A stretch of 64,000 nt of DNA from Longimicrobiales bacterium. Lineage in GTDB: Bacteria > Gemmatimonadota > Gemmatimonadetes > Longimicrobiales > Gaopeijiaceae. A model generated the notes under the pieces. It searched no databases. It worked only from the letters and a program-made list of their open reading frames with translations, and was not told where the DNA came from. Every line of letters starts with the position of its first letter. Position 1 is the first letter of the stretch. Positions 56,170-64,000 of the stretch are shown here, one piece after another. Location: NCBI GenBank assembly GCA_965202985.1, contig CBDBCF010000001.1:608001-672000 (forward strand). The letters run 5' to 3'. The translations under genes were made by a program, and so were the position numbers.

Positions 56170-58301
56170 GAGTCCGACACCTTCTTCGCGTCGTCCGCCT
56201 CGTCGTCCCCCGGCGCCTTCTCCCACTCCCATGTCCGGTCCATCACCCACCGCTCGAACCAGTCCAGCTCCACGTTGGCCTTGTACAGCCGGTGCCGAAG
56301 CTCGCGCCATCCGTGGCCCTGGCGGGGCGCCACGTACAAGTGCGTGGGGACGCCGTTGTGGCGCAGCCCCCGATACATCTCGACCGACTGGGGCATCGGA
56401 ACGCGCGCGTCTTCCTCGCCCACCAGGAACAGCGTCGGCGTAACGACCTTCCACACCTCGCGCAACGGGGAATCCTGCCAGTACTGGTCGATCTTCGCCC
56501 CTTCCTCCCATGGCGTCGTCCCGAACCACGGCGTCCTGTAGATGCGCACGTCGCTCTGTCCGTACATCGACACCCAGTTGGCCGCGCCGGCCCCCGAAGA
56601 CGCGGCCCTGAAGCGGTCCGTGTAGGTGACGACCTTGTTGGTCATGTGGCCGCCGGCGCTCCAGCCCATCTTGGCCATCCGCGTCCCATCCACCATGCCG
56701 GCCTCGATCAAGTGGTCCACGCCGGCCATCACGTCCTTGTGCGCCTGGTCGAAGTAGTGGCCGACCATGTTGCGCAGGAACTCGTCCCCGTAGCCCGTGC
56801 TGCCCCTGTAGTTGGGCTTGAGCACGAAGTAGCCCAAGCGCGCAAGCACGGTCTCGTAGTTGTGGGACGAAGCGAACCGGAAGCGGTCCGAAGAGGCCGG
56901 CCCTCCGTGCGTCTGGACGACCAGCGGATGGCGTGCGCCATCCACGTAGTCCAGCGGGTAATAAAGCAGCCCTTCGACGGCCGCCCCGTCCTCGCCGCTC
57001 CACTGGATCGCCTCCACCTTCGGCAGCCGAAAGCGCGACGCCATGTCCGCGTTGACCGTGGTGACGCGCTCCATGTCGCCTCCGTCCGCGTTCAGCAACC
57101 AGGCATCGCCGGGCTCCACGGGACCGGCCACGGTCACGGCCAAGCGGTCCAGCGCGGGGTTGTAGTCGCCCAGCGAAACGCTGTGGTCGCCGCGGGTGAT
57201 TTGCGTCGCCGTTCCCGACGCCGCGTCCACAGCGAACAGCTCTTGGCGCACGCCGGTGTTGGCCTGCACGAGGATCGTGGATGCGTCCCGGCCCCAGATC
57301 GCCTGGCTGGCCTCGTGGGGGAAGTCGGGAACGACAGGTCGGTACCCGCCGCCCGCGCCCGAATCGCCGGCCGTGCCAGCGTCCGCACCTGAGCCCGAGC
57401 CGTCCGCCGCCGCCACGTACACCTTGTCGTTGTAGTAGAACTCGCCTTTGGTGTTGGAGTCTGCGCGGAAGAGGACCCACTGGTTGTCCGGCGACAGTTC
57501 GGCGCCGTACTCGGGAACGCCGTTGCGCGTGATCCGGCGCGCTTCCGTGCCGTCGGCGTTCATGACCCACACCTCGCCGTCGTCGTTGTCGTCGAAGAGA
57601 GGCGACGGCCCCCTGTCGTATGCGACCATGGCGCCGTCCCGGGACAACCGGTACTCGTTGACCGAGAACTCGCCCTCGGTTATGCGCCGGGTCTCGGCAG
57701 CGCCCTCGGCCGCAACGCCTTCGCCCATGTCCACCTGCCACAGATGGCGCTGCTGGTAGTTCTCGTCGAAGGCGTAAACGTCGTCGCCGGCCTTCTCGCG
57801 GGCCTTCTGTTCGTCCGGCTTGTCGTCGGACGCCAGGAAGTACAAGGCGTCGCCGGCGGGCGCCCACGAGACGGACGAGACCGCCGTGGGATGGTCCGTA
57901 AGCCGGCGCGCCTCGCCCCCGCGGGTGTCCAGCAGGTAGATCTGCATCGATTCGTCGGCGCCGCGGGCGGCGGTGAAGGCGATCATCGACCCGTTGGGAG
58001 ACCAGCGCGGGTTGGACTCGCCGTCCTCGCCGCCTGTCAGCCGCAGGTCCGGCCCTCCGCCGACCGTCGCCATCCAGATATGGGCGACCGCGCGGTTTCT
58101 CTCCCAGTCCGCGTCCGAGCGGACGTACAGCACGCGCGTTCCGTCGGGGCTCAGCCGGGGCGACGAAACCCCCGGCACGTTGACGAGATCGACGATGCCG
58201 GGCGCACGCTGGGCGGCGACAGCGGTCGGCGCCGCGAGAAAGCAGGCCAGCGCGACAGGAACTGGGCGGCAGCGGACGGGCGAACGGTGCGTGCGTGTCA
58301 T
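56166..58301 (-). CDS. S9-family peptidase (acylaminoacyl/prolyl oligopeptidase type), exported
   Basis: PD40-like repeats, HGGP, PNYRGSTGYG, GWSAGG, D.RVP, GH. Confidence 0.92.
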   Translation of the reverse strand: MTRTHRSPVRCRPVPVALACFLAAPTAVAAQRAPGIVDLVNVPGVSSPRLSPDGTRVLYVRSDADWERNRAVAHIWMATVGGGPDLRLTGGEDGESNPRWSPNGSMIAFTAARGADESMQIYLLDTRGGEARRLTDHPTAVSSVSWAPAGDALYFLASDDKPDEQKAREKAGDDVYAFDENYQQRHLWQVDMGEGVAAEGAAETRRITEGEFSVNEYRLSRDGAMVAYDRGPSPLFDDNDDGEVWVMNADGTEARRITRNGVPEYGAELSPDNQWVLFRADSNTKGEFYYNDKVYVAAADGSGSGADAGTAGDSGAGGGYRPVVPDFPHEASQAIWGRDASTILVQANTGVRQELFAVDAASGTATQITRGDHSVSLGDYNPALDRLAVTVAGPVEPGDAWLLNADGGDMERVTTVNADMASRFRLPKVEAIQWSGEDGAAVEGLLYYPLDYVDGARHPLVVQTHGGPASSDRFRFASSHNYETVLARLGYFVLKPNYRGSTGYGDEFLRNMVGHYFDQAHKDVMAGVDHLIEAGMVDGTRMAKMGWSAGGHMTNKVVTYTDRFRAASSGAGAANWVSMYGQSDVRIYRTPWFGTTPWEEGAKIDQYWQDSPLREVWKVVTPTLFLVGEEDARVPMPQSVEMYRGLRHNGVPTHLYVAPRQGHGWRELRHRLYKANVELDWFERWVMDRTWEWEKAPGDDEADDAKKVSDS

Positions 58302-58437
58302 GAAGGGACCTCGGGGGTCGGTCGGTTCGTGCTCTCGGGCCAGTCTTCCGCGTGCATTCTGGTTCGCGCCCACGGGGCCGGCAAGCCGGCAAGCTCGCGC
58401 GGAGCCGGCCGTGTCGAAGCGTTCGCGCGCTCGGTCG

Positions 58438-59649
58438 CTAACGCGCTCGGCTCCACCACTCGGCCGGCGTCGCCCGGACGGCCCGTCGCGACATGCGGTC
58501 GAGCCAGAGCGCGACGCGGCGCAGCGGCGTCCCGGCCAGCCATTGCCAAGCCCGGTTCCACCACTGGGCGTAGTCGCGGTTGTAGGGACACACGCGCACG
58601 CAGATGGCGCAGTCGGTGTTCAGGTTCGACCAGAAGCGGAAGCACTTCTCCCCGTCGGTGGTCCACTTCTCGACGCCTCGGATGTTGGAGCGGTTGTGCA
58701 CGGCCGTGGACGGCGCGCCGTCGGCGATGGCCTTGGCCGGGCAGGCGCGGGTGCACGCCCGACAGACGCCGCACGTCTCTTCCACGCCGAAGCGTCGCGG
58801 CCGGTCGTGGGCCAGCGGCATGTCGGTGAACACCTTGCCCAGTCGCACTCTGGGACCGAACTCCCGCGTGATCAGCAGGCCGTGACGCCCGTACTCTCCC
58901 AGCCCCGCCTTGATCGCCAGCGGAATCGCCAACGCCGTGTCGTTCATGCTCGCCACGGCCCGGTAGCCCAAGTTCACGATGTACTGGGCGATGGCCAGCA
59001 GCACGATCGCGTCCAGCGAGTACCCGGCGCCCGTCGCGGCCCCGCTCAGCGCGGACGGCGCCGTGCGCAGCAGTCCCCGGTCCATCGACTGGGCCACGAT
59101 CACGACGTTCCCCAGGTCGCCGGACACCTCCTGCGGCTTCTCGGATTCGGTCTCGCGGCTGTAGTTGTGCGCGTAGACCCAGCGCTCGTCGTATCCGGTG
59201 ATCCCCACCAAGTCGGCCCCCACGGTCAAGGCGGCCCGCTTGACGTGCGCGGCCAGCGCTTCGGCCGACCCTGCGAACGGCTCGCCCCCCGGCCCCTCGC
59301 GCAGGACGGTGTACGGATCGAGAAAGCCCTCCCGCCGGTCGCTGTCCTGGCGAAGTTCGGCGAAGACGTCCGCAACGTGCCACGAGGCGTTCCGCAGGGC
59401 GTAGTCGAGGCGCGTGAAGCCGTCGGCGTCGCGCCACCGGATCTGCGGCGTGCGGTAGGTTTCGTAGAAGGTGTCCGAACGGTGGGTTCTGACCGCCGGG
59501 TCCCAAAACGAACGGCAGAATACGTCGTCCTTCTGCGAGAAGCGGCGAAACCCGGGGCCAACCCGAAAGCCGGCCCGGGCATCGTCCGCGCGTGGAGCAT
59601 GGCGCGCACCATCCATGCCGTTCGCGGGTCGCGTTTTGGATTGCCTCAC
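58438..59649 (-). CDS. Reductive dehalogenase (RdhA)-like cobalamin/2x[4Fe-4S] protein without Tat signal
   Basis: GADLVGI....ERWVY, GYS, AGLGEYGR.GLLIT.EFGPRVRL..VFTDMPL, CGVCRACTRACP, C-X11-CAICVRVCP-like second cluster; start 59649 or 59616. Confidence 0.8.
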   Translation of the reverse strand: MRQSKTRPANGMDGARHAPRADDARAGFRVGPGFRRFSQKDDVFCRSFWDPAVRTHRSDTFYETYRTPQIRWRDADGFTRLDYALRNASWHVADVFAELRQDSDRREGFLDPYTVLREGPGGEPFAGSAEALAAHVKRAALTVGADLVGITGYDERWVYAHNYSRETESEKPQEVSGDLGNVVIVAQSMDRGLLRTAPSALSGAATGAGYSLDAIVLLAIAQYIVNLGYRAVASMNDTALAIPLAIKAGLGEYGRHGLLITREFGPRVRLGKVFTDMPLAHDRPRRFGVEETCGVCRACTRACPAKAIADGAPSTAVHNRSNIRGVEKWTTDGEKCFRFWSNLNTDCAICVRVCPYNRDYAQWWNRAWQWLAGTPLRRVALWLDRMSRRAVRATPAEWWSRAR

Positions 59650-59844
59650 GCCGTCAGCTTATCTTCGCGGCACGGCCAGCGCCACTTGGCGACGGCGCGC
59701 CTGTGGACATCTTGCTCGGGCGGAGCCCCGACCAGCTGCCAAACCGATGGCACGCAATGACCCATCACAAGAAGAGGGAACCGGCGTTTCCCCCGTGTCG
59801 CATCCTTGCCGATCGGCCGACCCCTCCAAGGAGGAGCGTGCTCC

Positions 59845-60915
59845 ATGACCGCACGTCGTAGCGCCCTTGCCGCAAGTATCGCCGTCGGGGCTCTGGCGTT
59901 CCCAGCCGCGGCGATCGTCCGGCCACTCTCCGGCCAAGGCGCTACCGCCGTGGCGTCGCTCGATCTGATCGAGACATGGAGTTCGGACGAGGTGGCGGGC
60001 CTCGAGCTCGCCTGGGTCGACGGCGTCGTGGAGACTCCGGCGGGCACGATCTGGATATCCGACCCGTCGACTCCGGTCGTGATTTCGGTGGACCCCTCGG
60101 GAGGCCGTCCGACCGTGATCGCGAGAGGCGGCGACGGACCCGGCGAAGTCCAGTCTCCGGATCGAATCGCGCTGACCCCCGGAGGCAACGTGGCGGTGTT
60201 CGATCTGGAGCGCGGCGTGGAGATCTTCACGCCCGCAGGGGACCATCTGAGGCGGGTTCGGTTTCGCGTCCTCCTGTCGTGGCCCCGTGGCTTCGCGGCC
60301 CTGGACGGAGGTAGGTTCGTCGTCAGCGGCGGACTGCCGGGCGTCCCAGCCCCGCTGCACCTCTTTGACGACGACGGCAGCTTGCTGGCCAGTTGGGAAC
60401 AGCCGTCCGACGCGGAGAACTGGAGAACTCGAATCGTCGGCGGCGGCGGTCCAGTCCATGCGACGTCCGACAGCGGCCTTCTGTACTCGCAGGCTGCGCC
60501 GCATCGCATCGCGAAGTACTCGTTTTCGTCCAGACCGGCCGAGAGTCCCCGAGGAACACTGGTCGTGGAGATGCCACGCCTGCTTCGGCACCCGGGCGAC
60601 GGCGGCGTCGTGGAGACGGGAGAGGGAGTAAACTTGTCCCGCAGCTACCATCCGCACTTTCCGCAGTCGGTGGGCATCTTCCAGATGGACGACGGGGCGG
60701 TCGTCAACATGATCGCATACAAGGACGACGGCTACTCGGTGTGGCAGGTCTTCCGCCGGGACGAATCCGGCCGTGTCCGCCTGGCAGGCGAAGCGCGAGC
60801 CGAGACCGCCTACATGCCCTGGCACCTAAGCGCCGACGGCGACTTCCTCGCATCCAGGACCGACCCGGCCACCGACGTGCCCACGGTCGTCCGGCTGAAG
60901 CTGACGGGCGGATAG
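59845..60915 (+). CDS. Exported beta-propeller (NHL/6-bladed-like) protein
   Basis: GGAGGAG RBS, signal peptide, G.GPGE..SP motif. Confidence 0.7.
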   Translation: MTARRSALAASIAVGALAFPAAAIVRPLSGQGATAVASLDLIETWSSDEVAGLELAWVDGVVETPAGTIWISDPSTPVVISVDPSGGRPTVIARGGDGPGEVQSPDRIALTPGGNVAVFDLERGVEIFTPAGDHLRRVRFRVLLSWPRGFAALDGGRFVVSGGLPGVPAPLHLFDDDGSLLASWEQPSDAENWRTRIVGGGGPVHATSDSGLLYSQAAPHRIAKYSFSSRPAESPRGTLVVEMPRLLRHPGDGGVVETGEGVNLSRSYHPHFPQSVGIFQMDDGAVVNMIAYKDDGYSVWQVFRRDESGRVRLAGEARAETAYMPWHLSADGDFLASRTDPATDVPTVVRLKLTGG

Positions 60916-60937
60916 ACGCCGGCGGCGCAGGCGGGCA

Positions 60938-61216
60938 CTAGAGCTGGCGGGAGGCGGAAGCGCCGTTGGCCGCCTCGGCCAGCAGGTCGTCCCCCGTCTC
61001 GCATTCCAGCACGGCGTGGCCCACCTCGAGCAGCTGCTCGGGACCCATCGCCCCCATCAGCGCCTCCAGACGCTTCGCCGTCTCCATCCCGAACTTCCGC
61101 GACGCCTGCCCAAGCACCATCTCTCGGCGACCCCGGGCCACGCCCTTCTTCACGCCCTTCGCCATGCCCCTGCGCTCGTGTCCCTCCACCCACTCCTCGT
61201 AGTACGTCTGGCCCAT
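60938..61216 (-). CDS. Predicted internally initiated small Rpn C-terminal protein (Rpn-S-like, 92 aa)
   Basis: In-frame ATG preceded by GAGGAGGCGCTGGAG; MGQTYYEEWVEGHERRG... Confidence 0.6.
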   Translation of the reverse strand: MGQTYYEEWVEGHERRGMAKGVKKGVARGRREMVLGQASRKFGMETAKRLEALMGAMGPEQLLEVGHAVLECETGDDLLAEAANGASASRQL

Positions 61217-62086
61217 CTCCAGCGCCTCCTCGGGTTGAATGATCCCCTGCACGATAACCTCCGTCCGCTCCGCCGGCACGCCCGCCGCTCGCATCCGCTC
61301 GTCCGTCCACCTGGCGAACGACCGCCGGAACGAACGATGCCCCTCCCCGGCCCGATGCCTCGCCAACGAGGCGTGCACGCGCGGAAAGGCGTCCCCCAGC
61401 GGCGCCCGCTCCAACGCGCCCAGCCAGCCCAGCAACGAGTCCGCCGGCAACAAGCCCCGCGCCGACGCCGACTGCAAGTCAAGCACGACGCAGCGGTGCG
61501 CGGTGCCGAAGCCGGCTACGGCGCGCGCCACGGCCGGCGGCGGCTCCGGCGTGCGCGTCAAGGCCGCCAAGCTCGTCTCCGCCGGCCAGCGCTTCGGACC
61601 GGTGTGGAGGACGCAGGAAAGGAGCAGGGGCACGGCGTCCCCCGGGTCCAGCATCTTCGGGTTGGCCCGCAACGCCTCGACCATCCCGATCGCGTAGTCC
61701 AACGTGCGAAGCGCCATGTCGGAATCGTGGGACGCCTGGAACTCGACCAGGAAGACGACCGAGGCCTCGCCGCCCTTGAACCAGACGCGGAGCGCGAAGT
61801 CGGCCAGCCTGCGCTTGAGGCCCTCGGAGATCGTCTCGGTGGAGACGAGCGCGGCGGTGCCGAGGTCGAGGTGCTGGTGCCATTCGACGGCCAGGAAGTC
61901 GCGGATCAGCGATTCGATCGCCGCGCCGTGGGCGAAGAGGGCCTTGTAGGTCTGGTCGTGGCGACGGCGCTCGCGCTCTTGGGGCGCGTCGTCCTGGGAG
62001 TCCGGGGCATCGGCCACGCAGTCGGGCTGCTGCGACGAGTCGGGGTCGTGGTCGGGCAGTTGGTGTTCGTTGCGGTGTCGGTCCAT
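60938..62086 (-). CDS. Rpn/YhgA-like recombination-promoting nuclease, copy 2
   Basis: HDQTYKALFAH, RRLAD, LVEFQA, MALR.L.Y, VLHTG..RW; C-terminal G..KG..KG..RG and RKFG domain. Confidence 0.88.
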   Translation of the reverse strand: MDRHRNEHQLPDHDPDSSQQPDCVADAPDSQDDAPQERERRRHDQTYKALFAHGAAIESLIRDFLAVEWHQHLDLGTAALVSTETISEGLKRRLADFALRVWFKGGEASVVFLVEFQASHDSDMALRTLDYAIGMVEALRANPKMLDPGDAVPLLLSCVLHTGPKRWPAETSLAALTRTPEPPPAVARAVAGFGTAHRCVVLDLQSASARGLLPADSLLGWLGALERAPLGDAFPRVHASLARHRAGEGHRSFRRSFARWTDERMRAAGVPAERTEVIVQGIIQPEEALEMGQTYYEEWVEGHERRGMAKGVKKGVARGRREMVLGQASRKFGMETAKRLEALMGAMGPEQLLEVGHAVLECETGDDLLAEAANGASASRQL

Positions 62087-62149
62087 TGGGGGCGAGCGGC
62101 CTTTCTGGGCGCGGGGGCTCGTGCCGCCTCTCGGGGCGGACACCCAAAC

Positions 62150-62200
62150 GATGGGGCCGAAAACGGGGCGTTTGGATAGCTGGTTGGGACCAACTTTTCG
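62150..62200 (-). promoter_or_regulatory. Conserved upstream element of Rpn copy 2 (shared with 18385-18433)
   Basis: Plus strand GATGGGGCCGAAAACGGGGCGTTTGGATAGCTGGTTGGGACCAACTTTTCG. Confidence 0.6.
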
Positions 62201-62330
62201 CCGGACTCCCGGGGACTACCTTTCTCGGCGGCGGGCCTTGACTCCGCGTACCCGGCAGCGTACACCCGCAATCTGCGCCAAGCCTTTGTCGCGCAGGGAA
62301 TCTCGCACGTTTCCGGGGTCGGGCTTCGGT

Positions 62331-63368
62331 CTAGACGCCGTGGTAGCTCCTGTACCACTCCACGAAACGTCGCAGCCCTTCCCGCACCGGCGTGGAGGGC
62401 CGGTAGCCCACATCGGCGCGGAGCCGCTCCACGTCGGCCAGCGTTTCCCGAACGTCCACCGAGCGACGAGGCACGAGCTTCCGGACCGCTTTCGCGCCCA
62501 GGAGCTCCTCCAAGACGTCTACGAACTCCATGAGGTGGACCGACCGGCCCGCGCCGATGTTGTACAGCCGACAGGGCGCTCGGCTGCTTCCGGGGTCGGG
62601 GGCTCCGCCGTCCCACTCGGGGTTGCCCCGGGGAACGTTCATCAGCACTCGCACCACGCCCTCCGCAATGTCTTCCACATAGGTCCAATCGCGCCAGTGC
62701 TGGCCCCGGTTGTAGAGGGTCACGGGCTCGCCGGCCAGGATCTGTCGCGTGAACAGGTAGGCCGCCATGTCGGGGCGGCCCCACGGACCGTAGACGGTAA
62801 AGAACCGCAGGCCCGTGGTGGGCAGGTCGTACAGGTGCGAATAGGAGTGCGCCATGGCCTCGTTGGCCTTCTTGGTGGCCGCGTACAGCGAGAGCGGGTG
62901 GTCGGTCGAGTGGTCCACCGAGTACGGCAGTCGCTCGCTCGCCCCGTAGACCGAGCTGGTGGAAGCGTAGACCAAGTGCTCGGCGCGCGCGTGCCGGCAG
63001 CCCTCCAGAACGTGGGCGAACGCGACGACGTTGGCGCGCGTGTAGGCGAGCGGTTCCTTGAGCGAGTGGGCGACGCCCGCCTGCGCGGCCAAGTGCACGA
63101 CACGGTCGAAGCGCTGCTTCGCGAAGAGCTCCTCGACCGGCGCCGCTTCGGCCAAGTCCAGGCGAACGAACGAGAACCGGCCGCTCTTGCCGGCGCCCCG
63201 GGCGTTCCGGGCGGCTTCGGCGGCGCGGGCAAGGCGGTCGCGCTTCAGCTGCGGGTCGTAGTAGTCGTTGAGGTTGTCCACGCCCGTCACGTCGTGCCCG
63301 GCGTCCACGAGCCGCAGGGACACGAAGTGGCCGACGAAGCCGGCGGCGCCCGTCACGAGAACTCTCAT
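62331..63368 (-). CDS. NAD-dependent epimerase (UDP-glucuronate 4-epimerase type)
   Basis: VLVTGAAGFVG, DNLNDYYD..LK, HLAAQAGV, YAATKKANE, LRFFTVYGPWGRPDMA. Confidence 0.92.
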   Translation of the reverse strand: MRVLVTGAAGFVGHFVSLRLVDAGHDVTGVDNLNDYYDPQLKRDRLARAAEAARNARGAGKSGRFSFVRLDLAEAAPVEELFAKQRFDRVVHLAAQAGVAHSLKEPLAYTRANVVAFAHVLEGCRHARAEHLVYASTSSVYGASERLPYSVDHSTDHPLSLYAATKKANEAMAHSYSHLYDLPTTGLRFFTVYGPWGRPDMAAYLFTRQILAGEPVTLYNRGQHWRDWTYVEDIAEGVVRVLMNVPRGNPEWDGGAPDPGSSRAPCRLYNIGAGRSVHLMEFVDVLEELLGAKAVRKLVPRRSVDVRETLADVERLRADVGYRPSTPVREGLRRFVEWYRSYHGV

Positions 63369-63454
63369 GGCCGTGTCCCTGCGCGACGGCAACGCCCTAT
63401 CTTGCGGAATCGATCCGGCGCCGCCGCCGACCCGCTCACCGTTCCGCCGCACTC

Positions 63455-64000
63455 ATGACGCCACCGCCCAACCCGCCCAGCCGACCACACCAAGTCGACC
63501 CGTCCCGCCGATCGCCCGCGCCGCTGCCCGGACCGTCTGTCTCCGTCGGCTGGCTGGCCGATCGCCTGGGGTCGCCCGGCCTCGTCGTGCTCGACGGCTC
63601 CTGGTACCTGCCCGGCGCCGGCCGCTCGCCGGCACGCGAATTCGAGGAGGTCCGCATCCCCGGCGCCTGCTTCTTCGACCTGGACGGCGCCAGCGACCCC
63701 GCCTCGCCGCTGCCGCACACGTTGCCGCCGCCCGAGCACTTCAAGGCGCGCGCGGAGGCAGCCGGCGTGTCGGACGGGTCGGTGGTCGTGGTGTACGACG
63801 CGTCGGGGGTGAACCTGAGCGCGCCGCGCACTTGGTGGACGTTCCGCTACTTCGGGTTCCACGCGGTCGCGGTGCTGGACGGCGGACTGGGCCGATGGAG
63901 GGCGCGCGGCTTCCCGACGGAGTCCGGACCGCCGACGCCCGTCGGCCGGGACGCGCCGGTCCGCTTCACGCCCGTCGCCAACCCCGGCATGGCCCGCACT
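63455..64000 (+). CDS. 3-mercaptopyruvate/thiosulfate sulfurtransferase (rhodanese family), 3' end outside window
   Basis: Not in the ORF track. Manual translation: ...VSVGWLADRL...VVLDGSWYLP...RIPGACFFD...LPHTLP...VVVYD...SAPRTWWTFRYFG...VAVLDGG. Confidence 0.88.
   Translation, partial: MTPPPNPPSRPHQVDPSRRSPAPLPGPSVSVGWLADRLGSPGLVVLDGSWYLPGAGRSPAREFEEVRIPGACFFDLDGASDPASPLPHTLPPPEHFKARAEAAGVSDGSVVVVYDASGVNLSAPRTWWTFRYFGFHAVAVLDGGLGRWRARGFPTESGPPTPVGRDAPVRFTPVANPGMART

Noticed and set aside
58438..59649. Epoxyqueuosine reductase QueG
   Set aside because: Lacks the QueG DYH and VDT.P..E motifs as I recall them; has RdhA-type motifs instead.
59650..59844. Cobalamin riboswitch or sigma54 promoter upstream of the dehalogenase
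   Set aside because: Only short hairpins, no B12-box recognised; TGGCAC is not followed by TTGC at the required spacing.
62238..62266. Plus-strand TTGACT-N17-TACACC promoter divergent from Rpn copy 2
   Set aside because: No downstream plus-strand gene and no clear counterpart at copy 1; chance match not excluded.

Overview
High-GC bacterial chromosomal segment of about 51 genes. Gene content (choice-of-anchor B proteins, many S9/M24/M20 peptidases, DUF885, TonB receptor, Rpn paralogues, an orphan reductive dehalogenase) suggests a diderm such as Gemmatimonadota, possibly marine or host-associated; this is inference only. Recognisable modules: tandem secreted choice-of-anchor B genes; a head-to-head pair of HPr-kinase-like P-loop kinases; a feoA-feoB-ABC metal uptake operon behind a Fur-like box; a cold-shock gene with a structured leader; an unknown lipoprotein with a DtxR/MntR-like operator filling its promoter spacer; a TonB receptor + ElpS-like lipoprotein + PhoB-like regulator operon behind pho-box-like repeats; a small toxin-antitoxin patch; a NYN/LOTUS protein; a galK/SSS/nucleotidyltransferase cluster; a mycobacterial Sdh1-like succinate dehydrogenase; a peptide and amino-acid scavenging block; a stand-alone RdhA. 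The most striking non-annotated signal concerns two distant Rpn/YhgA-like nuclease genes (17.3-18.3 kb and 60.9-62.1 kb). Both have a strong internal RBS+ATG for a small C-terminal product, share a ~50-bp upstream element, and switch mid-gene from C-ending to G-ending synonymous codons. No rRNA, tRNA, CRISPR array or canonical IS was seen. All calls come from motif recognition by eye; start codons are best estimates.
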